Shown: positions 40,235 to 49,605, counted from the stretch's first letter. The stretch is DNA of 64,000 nt from Roseibacillus sp. (GCA_965242925.1 CBDEUM010000038.1:224001-288000); one strand, 5' to 3'. The notes: generated by a model from the sequence alone, not told the origin. Made by a program: numbers and translations.

Positions 40235-41338
40235 TTACCTTTTGCGGTGCTCCTCATGCCAGTCCTGGTAGACCTGCGGGGAGATCTCCGAGGGTTTGAT
40301 CTCGCTTCGGCCACCCCAGAAGACATTGGTGTAGGATACCGGAATTCCGACCTCTTGGAGGTGGCGATCGATGGAGGCCTTATGCGCCAAGACAGTATTC
40401 TTCTCGGAACCGTGGACCACTCCCATGATGTTCACATTTCCGAATTCGGGTCCAGCCTCCCGCCAGTAGGCATGTGTCATGCAGTGGTGGCGGCCCACCT
40501 CGCCGCCGGCCTCAACTTCCCGTCCCGGGGGGACAGCCCAGTGAAAGAGACCATTAAAGCGTGTCACGCGTTTGCCTGTTCTGGATGGCTTGGCGTGTTC
40601 CAGGAAGGTCGAAAAGCGTCCGATCACTTTCCTGGAATTGAGAATGCGAGCCACCTCAATGAACCGGCCAAGGGAAACCCCCGCCACTTCGGCGCGCCGA
40701 TCCCACGGATTTTCTATGATCTCGTCCGGTTCCAGCTCTTCCTTCATGACCATGAGGACCCGCCATTCTTCCTCGTTCAGTTCCACGGTAGTGGTGGTCA
40801 TCATCTGGGCAGCTTTGTCGATCCGCGCGCCGGGTTCCAGTCCCCTGCGGCGCACATGACCGACTCCAAGGGCGAAGAGGCCTGCGGCGGGCATGAGGAG
40901 GAACTTGTCCGCTCCGACAAGGCGTTGCAGAACTTCACCGTGCTCCTGCAGGGATTGTCCCTGGGGGACCTTGAGAGTGGTCCAGAGACGGTATGCGGAA
41001 CCCGAAACCTCTTCGTCGGTGGAGCGAATGACCACGTGTCCGGAGAAAGGATCCTTCTGGGACATGAAGTCGAAGGCATCATTCAGTCTCTCAGGCGCCA
41101 CTTTCCATGCCACGAGGGCACCGTGAGCCAGTTTGGTGGCCAGCAGGGTTTGACGCACGCGCCTGATAACCCCGGCCTCCAGCATGGCACGGATGCGCTC
41201 CAGAACTGTTTCGAGGGGAACGCCGGATTGATGAGAAATAACGTGAAAGGGTCGCTCCTGAAATCCTTCCACCAGGTCTTCGGATACGGAAAGGATGCGC
41301 GCGTTCGTGGTGTCGTCGTGCTCGGTGGGGATAATCAT
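40235..41338 (-). CDS. Fused siroheme-decarboxylase-like (AhbA/AhbB, NirDL-like; Lrp/AsnC fold) protein
   Basis: Two Lrp-like halves: RPF..I..G...LEAGVIRR, ALVAWKV, GHVVIR, LWTTL; second half with THAYWR. Confidence 0.65.
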   Translation of the reverse strand: MIIPTEHDDTTNARILSVSEDLVEGFQERPFHVISHQSGVPLETVLERIRAMLEAGVIRRVRQTLLATKLAHGALVAWKVAPERLNDAFDFMSQKDPFSGHVVIRSTDEEVSGSAYRLWTTLKVPQGQSLQEHGEVLQRLVGADKFLLMPAAGLFALGVGHVRRRGLEPGARIDKAAQMMTTTTVELNEEEWRVLMVMKEELEPDEIIENPWDRRAEVAGVSLGRFIEVARILNSRKVIGRFSTFLEHAKPSRTGKRVTRFNGLFHWAVPPGREVEAGGEVGRHHCMTHAYWREAGPEFGNVNIMGVVHGSEKNTVLAHKASIDRHLQEVGIPVSYTNVFWGGRSEIKPSEISPQVYQDWHEEHRKR

Positions 41339-41427
41339 GGAGTTCGGGAGCAAATGCGTGTGGAGCAGGTCCTGGGGGACTGTGTGAATTTCTTCGAAAT
41401 TGCGTGACCAATGTGGATGGCTCCGGT

Positions 41428-42747
41428 CTAGTCCGAAACAAATTTCTCACGGATGGCGGCAAGGGCTGTGTCCCGCTCGTGGAGGCGGCCTTCAAGTTGC
41501 TCGATCTGTACGAATTCGAGGATCTCGCTGAAGAGAGGACCCGGGTTGAAGCCGAGGCTGATCAGGTCGTGTCCGCTCACGAGGGGAGGGGGAATAAGGG
41601 GTTCGCTGGCGAACTCATCCGCCTTGGTCTGCAGAAATTCAATGTTGTCCAGCATGCCATGGCTGCTGCTACAGTCCACGCGGTGCAGTTCCAGTTCATT
41701 TTCGTAGGTGGTGCGCGCCATGAAGCGTTTGAGCTTTGCGGTGCGCATGCGCTGGACGTTCATGAAGTTCATGTGGTTGGCCACCATGGAAGATACGTCA
41801 TCGATGATCTGGTTTGAGTAGCGGAGACGCCGCAGGATCTCCTCGGCCATGTGCGCGCCAAGGCGGTCATGTCCACTGTTCCGGATCCGCCCGGTTTCAT
41901 CGACTGTAAAGGTGGGGGGTTTGGCAATGTCATGCAGCATGACGGATAGCGCCAGCTCCAGGGAAGAGCTCTCTCCGAGGAGGTCGAGCATGATCAGGGT
42001 GTGGACATAGACGTCTCCTTCCGGATGGAACTGAGGTGGTTGTTCGCATCCCTTCAGGGCCAGGAACTCCGGAACGATGAACTCCATGAGTCCGCTTTCG
42101 ACCAGGAGTTCCACCCCAAGCCGTCGCGAGGAATGCGTGATGATCTTGTCAAACTCATCCCTGATGCGTTCGGGGCTCACCCGTTGCAGCAGTGAAGCGT
42201 CTGCGCGCAGCGCCTCCCAGGTGGCGGGATCGATTTTGAAACCGGTGTAGAGGACGAACCTCAGAGCCCGCAGGAGACGGAGGGAGTCTTCCTCGAATCG
42301 TGCGCGGGGTATTCCGATTGTTCGCAAGACGCCGGCCTCGAGATCCTTCCGCCCTCCGACGTAGTCGAGAATCTCCCCGCTCATGGGATCCTCGAAGAGT
42401 CCATTGATGGTGAAGTCGCGGCGGCCAGCGTCCTCCTCGGCATTGGTAAAGGTCACGCTGTCAGGATGGCGTCCATCAAGATAAGTGCCGTCCGAGCGGA
42501 AGGTCGCGATCTGAAACTGATATCCGTTTTCGCGAACGATGATCACACCGAAATGAGCACCCACCTCATCGCTTCCGGGAAAGAGATGAAGGATTTCTTC
42601 TGGTCGTGCCGAGGTTGCAATGTCGTAGTCATCGGGTTCCCTGCCGAGCAGGGCGTCCCGAACGCAGCCCCCGGCGAACAACGCCTGATGCCCCGCACCG
42701 GTGAGACGGCGCGCGACAGACTCGGCGGTTTGGCGGAGCGGTTGCAT
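41428..42747 (-). CDS. cca: CCA tRNA nucleotidyltransferase with HD domain
   Basis: GGCVRD..DYDIAT; RRDFTIN; EDSLRLLRA; HPEGDV..HT; LHDIAK. Confidence 0.92.
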   Translation of the reverse strand: MQPLRQTAESVARRLTGAGHQALFAGGCVRDALLGREPDDYDIATSARPEEILHLFPGSDEVGAHFGVIIVRENGYQFQIATFRSDGTYLDGRHPDSVTFTNAEEDAGRRDFTINGLFEDPMSGEILDYVGGRKDLEAGVLRTIGIPRARFEEDSLRLLRALRFVLYTGFKIDPATWEALRADASLLQRVSPERIRDEFDKIITHSSRRLGVELLVESGLMEFIVPEFLALKGCEQPPQFHPEGDVYVHTLIMLDLLGESSSLELALSVMLHDIAKPPTFTVDETGRIRNSGHDRLGAHMAEEILRRLRYSNQIIDDVSSMVANHMNFMNVQRMRTAKLKRFMARTTYENELELHRVDCSSSHGMLDNIEFLQTKADEFASEPLIPPPLVSGHDLISLGFNPGPLFSEILEFVQIEQLEGRLHERDTALAAIREKFVSD

Positions 42748-42825
42748 GGAGTTTCCAAAGCATAACCTGGCGCGGGCACAAATGTTATTTTCGAAATCCG
42801 AAGGAAAGGGCATACTGTATGGCAG

Positions 42826-44019
42826 ATGGAGGACATCCTGAGGCTCCCGATCTGGTGCTACTGCATGTTCGTGATGGGAGCCTGCATAGGATCCTATCTC
42901 AATGTGGTGATTTACCGCTGGCCGCGCGAAGGGCTCTCGGTCACGGAGCCCGCGCGGTCGTTTTGCCCGATCTGCAGAAGGGACATTCCCTGGTTCCGCA
43001 ATATCCCGATCGTGACGTGGATCCTGCAGCGTGGGAAGTGTGCCGAGTGCAGGGCGCCCATCGCCTTTCGCTACGTTTTCGTTGAAATTCTGACCGCGGT
43101 GCTTTTCCTCACCGGGTGGTACATCTTTGTTGCCAGTCGTACGCCGATTTCACCTGTTGCGGCAGTCCTGCTGGGAGTTCTCTCCGTGCTCCTGATCTGC
43201 ATTGCCTGGATAGATGCCGATCTCATGGTGGTGCCGGTCGATTTCTGCTGGTGGGGGATGGTTGCTGGGTTGCTGGGGGCCTGTCTCGATCCCGCCCTCG
43301 TGGCGCTGGATGGTGAACCGCAGTTGATGCACTGGTGGCAGGGAGGGGTGCAGGGGCTGTATGGAATGGCTCTTGGATGGGGGGGGCTGGCCCTTGTAGT
43401 CTATCTCGGGAAAAAACTCATGGGGATCAAGCGGTTCGAGTTCTCCCAGGCGCACGAATGGTACCTGCGTGAGCCCGAATCCGAGGAAGAGCAACTGTGT
43501 TTCGTTCTCAAGATGCCCAGGGAAGATATGGAGGGAGAGTTTGAGGAGGACACGTATGCCTGGGGCGACCTCTTTTTCCGCGATTACGATCGTCTTGAGA
43601 TCGAGGGGCACGGCATCCTGAAGGATGGTGAACGAACCAGAGCCACCCGGATCGTCATCAGCCGCGAGATGGTCCAGATGGAGGGCGAGGAATATTCCAT
43701 TGCGGAGATAAAATCTCTGGAAGGCAAGGCCACCCGGGTGATGGTCCCCCGTGAAGCGATGGGCGACGGAGATCCGCCCCTCCTTGGACTGATAGGTGCC
43801 TTCATCGGCTGGCACGGTGTTGTTTTCGCGCTTTTTGCAGCCTGCATCTTTGCCATCCTGTGGGCCATCCCGGCTCGTATTGGGTTTGGACGGCAGTTAC
43901 CCTTCGGGCCCTTCCTGGCCCTGGGTGGCGCGGCCTGGATCTTCGGAGGATGGAGCTTGTGGGAGTGGTATTTCGAATCGCTGGCTGGATTCGGTAATCC
44001 AGAACAAGGAGGAAGGTGA
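42826..44019 (+). CDS. pilD: Type IV prepilin peptidase (A24) with an internal insertion
   Basis: GSYLNVVIYRWP; CPIC and CAEC Zn motifs; WID; MGDGD; LPFGPFLA. Confidence 0.9.
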   Translation: MEDILRLPIWCYCMFVMGACIGSYLNVVIYRWPREGLSVTEPARSFCPICRRDIPWFRNIPIVTWILQRGKCAECRAPIAFRYVFVEILTAVLFLTGWYIFVASRTPISPVAAVLLGVLSVLLICIAWIDADLMVVPVDFCWWGMVAGLLGACLDPALVALDGEPQLMHWWQGGVQGLYGMALGWGGLALVVYLGKKLMGIKRFEFSQAHEWYLREPESEEEQLCFVLKMPREDMEGEFEEDTYAWGDLFFRDYDRLEIEGHGILKDGERTRATRIVISREMVQMEGEEYSIAEIKSLEGKATRVMVPREAMGDGDPPLLGLIGAFIGWHGVVFALFAACIFAILWAIPARIGFGRQLPFGPFLALGGAAWIFGGWSLWEWYFESLAGFGNPEQGGR

Positions 44020-44071
44020 TCAGGACTTCAAGCCCTCTCCTGCGGGCCTCTGCAGGGCTCCTTTCCGCTAC

Positions 44072-44896
44072 CTACAGGCACAGCCGCCTGAAGATTTCGT
44101 CAAGAGGCATTTGCATTCCGATATAGAAATCGCCGAACTCGCCATAGCGGACGGAGACAGGATCAAAGCGCATCTCGTAGACAATGGCCTTGATGTCGAT
44201 GGTGTCCTTGGCCAGCAGGGTGACGCCCCACTCGGCATCATCAAGACCGGTGGACCCGGTAATCAACTGGAGAATACGTCCGGAGTATTTGCGGCCAGTA
44301 GTGGCGTGCCCCTTCATCAGATTGCGGCGTGCTTCAAAATCCAGGGCGTACCAGTTGTCATCCCCTTGCCGGCGTTTGGACATGGGGTAGAAACAGATGG
44401 CGGGCCAGTCCGGAAGGACGGGGTGGAGCCGGTGTTCCAGGTAGTGGCTCATGCGCTCGTCGAATTCCGTGAGTTTGGTTTCAAACTCCGCCGAGCCCTC
44501 TTCAAGCCCCTCCTCGGCCTTCAGGGTCTCTTCGGCGTACTGTTCCCTGGTTGAGGTGTATTCGGAGCGCTCGGTCTGCGAGAGATAGGAATAGACTGGG
44601 GCAAGGACGTCGATCCCGAGCGAAAGGGTCAGTCGCTTTTCGAAGGTGTTGGCGACCTGCAGGTCCGGAGTGAGCAACATGAATCCGAGGTCGGCCTTGG
44701 GAGTGGCTACCGTGAAGGTCAGGAGCTGGGTGTCGGGCGTGGTGCGAATCTCCTGAACGAGTTCAGTGAAGGCGGTTTTTGCTTCCCGCTTCTCGTTGTC
44801 ATCCAGGATCTGCCACTGGCCGTGATCAATGTGGTAGAAGAGGTGCATGACGTGCCAGCCTTCGCGGGGCACGAGCGGGGATGGAGGTTCGGACAT
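44072..44896 (-). CDS. chdC: Coproheme decarboxylase (HemQ/ChdC, chlorite dismutase family)
   Basis: EGWHVMH; CFYPMSKRR..NWY; MKGH..GRKY; GLDDAEWGV; YEMRFD. Confidence 0.9.
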   Translation of the reverse strand: MSEPPSPLVPREGWHVMHLFYHIDHGQWQILDDNEKREAKTAFTELVQEIRTTPDTQLLTFTVATPKADLGFMLLTPDLQVANTFEKRLTLSLGIDVLAPVYSYLSQTERSEYTSTREQYAEETLKAEEGLEEGSAEFETKLTEFDERMSHYLEHRLHPVLPDWPAICFYPMSKRRQGDDNWYALDFEARRNLMKGHATTGRKYSGRILQLITGSTGLDDAEWGVTLLAKDTIDIKAIVYEMRFDPVSVRYGEFGDFYIGMQMPLDEIFRRLCL

Positions 44897-44907
44897 AGGG
44901 GGGGCTG

Positions 44908-45630
44908 TTACCGACGCCTTGGTGATACGCGCATGCGCATGATTTCCTTGAAGTCAGATCTTTTAGGCTGCAAGCCGGATCCTTCCCAGACGATCAGATG
45001 CCAGAAATGAACTTTCTCGGTCAGGTATTCATTATAGTCGCCGAGGTCTTCAAAGCCCCCGGTGGCGTGAATGTCCGCTTTTTTTTCCCCGGTCTCACGG
45101 AAATTCCCGTCTGAGAATGTCAGGGAAATCGGATCTCCTATGAGATCTCCTTCCGGGTTTTCGAAGAAGAAGCGTAGCGATCCCTCATCCGAGGACTTAA
45201 GCATGACTTCGGCAGCCGGGATGAACTTGGTATTGAGCTGCACGGTGATGTCCTTTTCGCGGTCGGTTTCGCGCCAGTAGGTCCTGATATTCTTGATTAC
45301 GACGTTATCGCCCTTGACGGGAAAATCGACATCGTCTGTCGAGCTGGTGTTGATATCGGTTAAGAACATCCTGAGAGCGATGATCATGACTCCTACGAGG
45401 GCCAGTCCCAGGCCGCTGAGCCAGAGGATATCGGTGCGGGAGTATTTGGGGAGAATAGAGGGAGCCGCCTCTTCTGGGGTCGATTCAAGGGAGGGGGGCG
45501 CGTCGAGGGGCCCCTCAGGCATAGAATCGCCCGTTTCGGCCACGAATTGTTCCTCGCCCGGACCCGGATCACCCATTTTGGGGTCAGGCTGAGGGTGGTC
45601 GGTCTTATCCTTGTCTGGGGTGGGTTCCAT
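44908..45630 (-). CDS. Hypothetical single-pass membrane protein
   Basis: Acidic/Pro-rich N-terminus, one TM helix, globular C-terminus; ATG at 45630. Confidence 0.7.
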   Translation of the reverse strand: MEPTPDKDKTDHPQPDPKMGDPGPGEEQFVAETGDSMPEGPLDAPPSLESTPEEAAPSILPKYSRTDILWLSGLGLALVGVMIIALRMFLTDINTSSTDDVDFPVKGDNVVIKNIRTYWRETDREKDITVQLNTKFIPAAEVMLKSSDEGSLRFFFENPEGDLIGDPISLTFSDGNFRETGEKKADIHATGGFEDLGDYNEYLTEKVHFWHLIVWEGSGLQPKRSDFKEIMRMRVSPRRR

Positions 45631-45775
45631 CCGGGAGAGGGAAACCTCTAACCGTTTGCTCCGGACTTGACCAGCGTCGAATCGGGGGTCCCAAAATGGG
45701 AAGGGAAAAGGATTGCATCTCCTCGCCTGCTGATCCAAGCAGTGCTTGGATGCTTGGCAGAATCCGTTTAATCCA

Positions 45776-46012
45776 ATGGCAGATCGCGAAGACAAGGTTC
45801 CGGAAAACATAGACGGCAAGTTTTACGTCGACACTCAGTGTATTGATTGCGATCTTTGTCGCGAAACGGCACCGGAGAATTTCAAGCGTGAAGAAGACGA
45901 GGGATACTCCTACGTCTATAAACAGCCCGATAACCAGGAAGAGGAGGACCAGTGCCGGGAGGCTATGGAGGGGTGTCCAGTGGAGGCCATCGGAGACGGC
46001 GAGGGCGACTAG
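45776..46012 (+). CDS. Single-cluster ferredoxin
   Basis: CIDCDLC..AP..F and CPVEAIG. Confidence 0.93.
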   Translation: MADREDKVPENIDGKFYVDTQCIDCDLCRETAPENFKREEDEGYSYVYKQPDNQEEEDQCREAMEGCPVEAIGDGEGD

Positions 46013-46398
46013 GGAGAACTACCCGCCGTCGTGGGCTCGCGCGAGGAGACGCCATTCGAGCTCAGGTGCTCCGGGATTTTCGCGGGGCGGGGGAGCCCCT
46101 TGACCTTGATCGGAACATGAGCACGCCGGCGGATTTGCTCGGCGGGATTTTGAAGAACCTTCGGCTCACGGAGGGGATCGAGGAGAGTCGTCTCCGAAGC
46201 GCTTGGCTTGAGGTAGCCGGTGAATTTGTGGCAAGGCAGACGGAACCGGTATCGCTTTACCAGGGAGTCCTCACCCTTCGTGTCCTGCAGCCATCCATGC
46301 GTTTTCACTTGGAGCAAACCCGGACCCAGCTCCTTCGACGGTTGAAACAGCAGCTCGGTTCCAGGAAGGTTCGCGATGTGCGATTGGTTGTTGGCTGA
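45973..46398 (+). CDS. DUF721/DciA-family protein (start uncertain; alternative ATG at 46117)
   Basis: LRSAWLEVAGEFVARQTEPVSL..GVLTLRV...LLRRLKQQLG...VRDVRL. Confidence 0.75.
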   Translation: MSSGGHRRRRGRLGRTTRRRGLARGDAIRAQVLRDFRGAGEPLDLDRNMSTPADLLGGILKNLRLTEGIEESRLRSAWLEVAGEFVARQTEPVSLYQGVLTLRVLQPSMRFHLEQTRTQLLRRLKQQLGSRKVRDVRLVVG

Positions 46399-46510
46399 CT
46401 ACGGAATTGGATATTCAAACGACAGATATTCCGATGACGGAAGCAGGTGGTCGGGGACTTTGGCAATGGCAGCCTGAATTCCGGATCGCATCCCCAATTC
46501 TGTGAAAGAC

Positions 46511-47518
46511 ATGTTCAGAGCCCTTATTCTCGACTGGTCCGGCACTCTGGTGGATGACTCCGCGCCCACCCTGGCGGCCACTAATGCAGTTCTTGCGCAA
46601 TATGACAGGCAGCCAATGACCTGGGAGCAGTTCCGGGAGAGCTTTCGGTTACCTTATTCGGAGTGGTATGCGGAACATGTTCCCGGCATTTCCCTCAAGG
46701 AACTGGAAGAGCACTTTCGCGTGGCCTTCGATTCATCGGAGCACCCGGTCATCCCTCTGGCGGGCACGGCTGAGTTCCTCCAATGGTGCAGTGAAAACTG
46801 CATCCGACTCTTTGTGCTCACCAGCATGAATACGGATAATTTCAGCCAGCAGCTGCGGGAATTCGGATTCGATAGACACTTTGAGCAAACTTACTCCGGC
46901 GTGATCGACAAACGTACCGTGATCGGGAAGATCATTGCCGAGCATGGACTGGATTCGGCAAAGACCGCTTACGTGGGGGACATGGCACACGATATTGAGA
47001 CCGCCCATGACGGAGGCGTTACGGCGATAGGAGTGCTGAGCGGGTACGATCCTGCTTCGCAGCTGGCGGCGGCCGGTCCCCATTTCCTGTTCTCCTGCAT
47101 CAAGTCGGTGCACGCCCTGCTTCAGGGAAGTTTCCCGGAGGCACGATGTGCCTGTGGGGAGTCGATCGTCATCCGGCGCCTGGCTGTGAGTTGCTTCATC
47201 GGAGTTCCCGAGGAAGAGCGGGCGGAAAGGCAGACTCTTCACCTGACCGTTGAGATTGTTCCAGAGCGAAATTTCGCCAGTCTCTGCGATCGCCTGGAGC
47301 TCACCGTGGACTATGACAAGGTCGCCCGCCGCATAGGAGAATTGGCCGGGGAGCGCCCAAGGAAGCTTATCGAGACCCTGGCGGACGAGGTTGCTCGGAT
47401 GATTCTGAAGGAATTTTCCGCCCGGGAAGTCTCGGTTGAAATTGAGAAGGACATCCTTCCTGAAACCGAGGCGGTTCTTGTCCGGACGCGACGGATGCGT
47501 AAGCCATCGGCAGGCTGA
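46511..47518 (+). CDS. folB: HAD-family hydrolase fused to dihydroneopterin aldolase (FolB)
   Basis: N-terminal ILDWSGTLVD..YVGDMAHD; C-terminal IGVPEEERAERQ, TVDY, LIETLA, IEK. Confidence 0.88.
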   Translation: MFRALILDWSGTLVDDSAPTLAATNAVLAQYDRQPMTWEQFRESFRLPYSEWYAEHVPGISLKELEEHFRVAFDSSEHPVIPLAGTAEFLQWCSENCIRLFVLTSMNTDNFSQQLREFGFDRHFEQTYSGVIDKRTVIGKIIAEHGLDSAKTAYVGDMAHDIETAHDGGVTAIGVLSGYDPASQLAAAGPHFLFSCIKSVHALLQGSFPEARCACGESIVIRRLAVSCFIGVPEEERAERQTLHLTVEIVPERNFASLCDRLELTVDYDKVARRIGELAGERPRKLIETLADEVARMILKEFSAREVSVEIEKDILPETEAVLVRTRRMRKPSAG

Positions 47519-47560
47519 TAGCGGACTGCCAAAAGTGTCGTCCTGAGGGGTCCTTGCCCT

Positions 47561-47588
47561 TTGACACTGCATGCAGGTGCTTTAGGCT
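47561..47588 (+). promoter_or_regulatory. Putative sigma70 promoter TTGACA-N16-TAGGCT
   Basis: Consensus -35 and TAnnnT -10, 28 nt upstream of the ECF sigma ATG. Confidence 0.55.
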
Positions 47589-47616
47589 GCAGCGTAGTCC
47601 TTCCCTCTCTGCCAGC

Positions 47617-48204
47617 ATGGCTGAAAAAGTGAATGATCCCGATCAAGAACTCATCCGGCGTGCCCAGGAAGGAGATACCCAGGCTTTCGATGACCTGGTC
47701 ATCAAATACAGCCGCAAGCTCTACGGTCTGGTCTATAACATGACCTCCAACAAGGAGGACACTCACGATCTCCTGCAGGAGATCTTTGCCAAGGCTTACC
47801 GCTCCCTGCGGCATTTCCGCGGGAAGTCTACCTTCTATACCTGGATCTATTCCATCGCGACCAACATGACCCTCAACTTCCTCAAGAAGCGGGGACGGAG
47901 GAGGGGGCTCAGCCTGGACGACGTGGACAGCGGTATTCAGAACGACACCTCCTTCGTGGACCAGGGTCACCGAGCCAATCCCCGTCGCCAGAGCAACATC
48001 CACGAACTTCAAAAAAGATTGAACGAAGCACTCCAGGCTCTGTCTGAAGACCACAGAGCAGTTGTCACCATGTTTGACATTCAGGGAATACCGCACGCTG
48101 AGATCAGTAAGATCCTTGGAGTATCCGAAGGCACAATACGATCGCGTCTTTACTATGCCCATCAGCAACTGCAGGGGCACTTGGAGGACTTCTGGAAACG
48201 ATGA
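47617..48204 (+). CDS. ECF RNA polymerase sigma factor (RpoE-like)
   Basis: DQELIRRAQEGD..AF; F.GKSTFYTWIYSIA.N; EISKILGVSEGTIRSRL. Confidence 0.93.
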   Translation: MAEKVNDPDQELIRRAQEGDTQAFDDLVIKYSRKLYGLVYNMTSNKEDTHDLLQEIFAKAYRSLRHFRGKSTFYTWIYSIATNMTLNFLKKRGRRRGLSLDDVDSGIQNDTSFVDQGHRANPRRQSNIHELQKRLNEALQALSEDHRAVVTMFDIQGIPHAEISKILGVSEGTIRSRLYYAHQQLQGHLEDFWKR

Positions 48205-48269
48205 GGGTTTGATGACTTTGAGGAACTCCACAAAGAATTCAGGACTCATTTACTAGTTACCCATTATCT

Positions 48270-48650
48270 GTGAACAGGGAATTTCAAGAACTGCAAGAAC
48301 TCCTTGAGGAGCGTGGACAGGGTGTTCCGGGAGACGACTATTTTGAAGGGTTTCTGGCGGACTTCCATCGTCGGCAGCGTCAGGACTTGATGAAGCGTTC
48401 CGCGCGCAGTCTCTTCCTGGAGCGGATGGGAGTCTGGCTGCGGGAGATGGGGGGATCGAAATGGGCCTATGGCGCCGGTGCGGCTTATGTGTTGGTGATC
48501 GCCGGCTTATTCGCCTGGCCCAGGGGCAGAGACAGCAAGGAAGGGATAGAACCAGTCTCGCTGGAGGTGCCGGAACAGAAGACTCTCCACTTCGAAGGGG
48601 AACGCTCCGGGAAGAAGGAGAACGAGCCTCCCAAGGCGACCGAATTCTAG
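48270..48650 (+). CDS. Putative membrane-bound anti-sigma factor
   Basis: Directly after the ECF sigma; P.DDYFE.F motif followed by a single TM helix. Confidence 0.65.
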   Translation: MNREFQELQELLEERGQGVPGDDYFEGFLADFHRRQRQDLMKRSARSLFLERMGVWLREMGGSKWAYGAGAAYVLVIAGLFAWPRGRDSKEGIEPVSLEVPEQKTLHFEGERSGKKENEPPKATEF

Positions 48651-48720
48651 GTTGTCATCTTTTTGTGGAGTGATGAGTTTGCTCTTCCCCCTCCGAATTA
48701 TCAACGGAGTTTTCTATCGA

Positions 48721-49605
48721 ATGCGAACGGCTGCACTGCCGGCAGTTTTTGTTTGCGCGACGGGAGCGCTCGTGGCCCAGAGTGGAGTGTCTTTTAAGGC
48801 GTTGGAGGGAGGTGGTGCTCCGGTTCAATCCAGCAGCGTATCCCTCGGTGGAGGACGACTGGCAACCATCGCCGTGGTGGGGAGCAATCCACAACAGGCG
48901 ACCATGGAATCGGGCCGGGCGCTCAAGTTCGTCGGGCATGATCCTGCTACCCGGTTGACCGTGCTGGCCGGGCCGGAGGATGACAGCGAGTCGGCTTCTC
49001 TCGGCAGTGCGCTCGGGTTGTTGCCCGGAGAGGCAGTGTATCTTCCCGGTCAGAAGCGGGCCAGCCGGGTGGTGCGCTGGGAGGACACCTTCCAGGGGAA
49101 GGTTTTGCCGGTGGCCCTCCTCCGTATTCACCATCCCCTTCAGGACGCTCCTCTGCCGGGGACTCCGCTGACCAATGCCAGGGGGGAGGTGATAGCTCTC
49201 TGCCATGAGGAGGCTTCCGGATCGGGGAATGGAACCTATGCCTTGCCGGTGGAGGCAGTGCAGCGAATAGAGTTCGATCTCAAGAACTTCGGACGTGTCT
49301 CGCCGTGTTGGATCGGAGTTACTGTCAATGCGGTCAGTCCGGTCCTCGCCCTCGAAATGGTGCGCCCGGACTCACCTGGTGCAGTTGCCGGCCTGAAGCG
49401 GGGCGATATTCTGCTCTCGGTTGGGCGGCGGCGGGTGAGTAACTACGCCGAGGCTCGGAATGCCTTCTACTACCTGATGGCAGGCCGGACTACCAATCTG
49501 ACTCTCCTGAGAGGAACCAGGCGTCTCGACCTGAAGGTTGTTCCCGAAGTGCACCCCGTCTACCGGGCGGAGCAGGATCGGGGGCGAGGCAAACAGGGGC
49601 CTTGA
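48721..49605 (+). CDS. S1C/HtrA-like protein with PDZ; degenerate active site
   Basis: GHDPATRLTVL; PGTPLTNARGEVI; YALPVE; WIGV; SPGAVAGLKRGDIL. Confidence 0.75.
   Translation: MRTAALPAVFVCATGALVAQSGVSFKALEGGGAPVQSSSVSLGGGRLATIAVVGSNPQQATMESGRALKFVGHDPATRLTVLAGPEDDSESASLGSALGLLPGEAVYLPGQKRASRVVRWEDTFQGKVLPVALLRIHHPLQDAPLPGTPLTNARGEVIALCHEEASGSGNGTYALPVEAVQRIEFDLKNFGRVSPCWIGVTVNAVSPVLALEMVRPDSPGAVAGLKRGDILLSVGRRRVSNYAEARNAFYYLMAGRTTNLTLLRGTRRLDLKVVPEVHPVYRAEQDRGRGKQGP

Noticed and set aside
40208..41407. 399-aa + strand ORF
   Set aside because: Antisense to the Ahb-like gene; no motifs
44072..44896. Chlorite dismutase (perchlorate respiration)
   Set aside because: No export signal, and the YPMSK..WY motif fits coproheme decarboxylase
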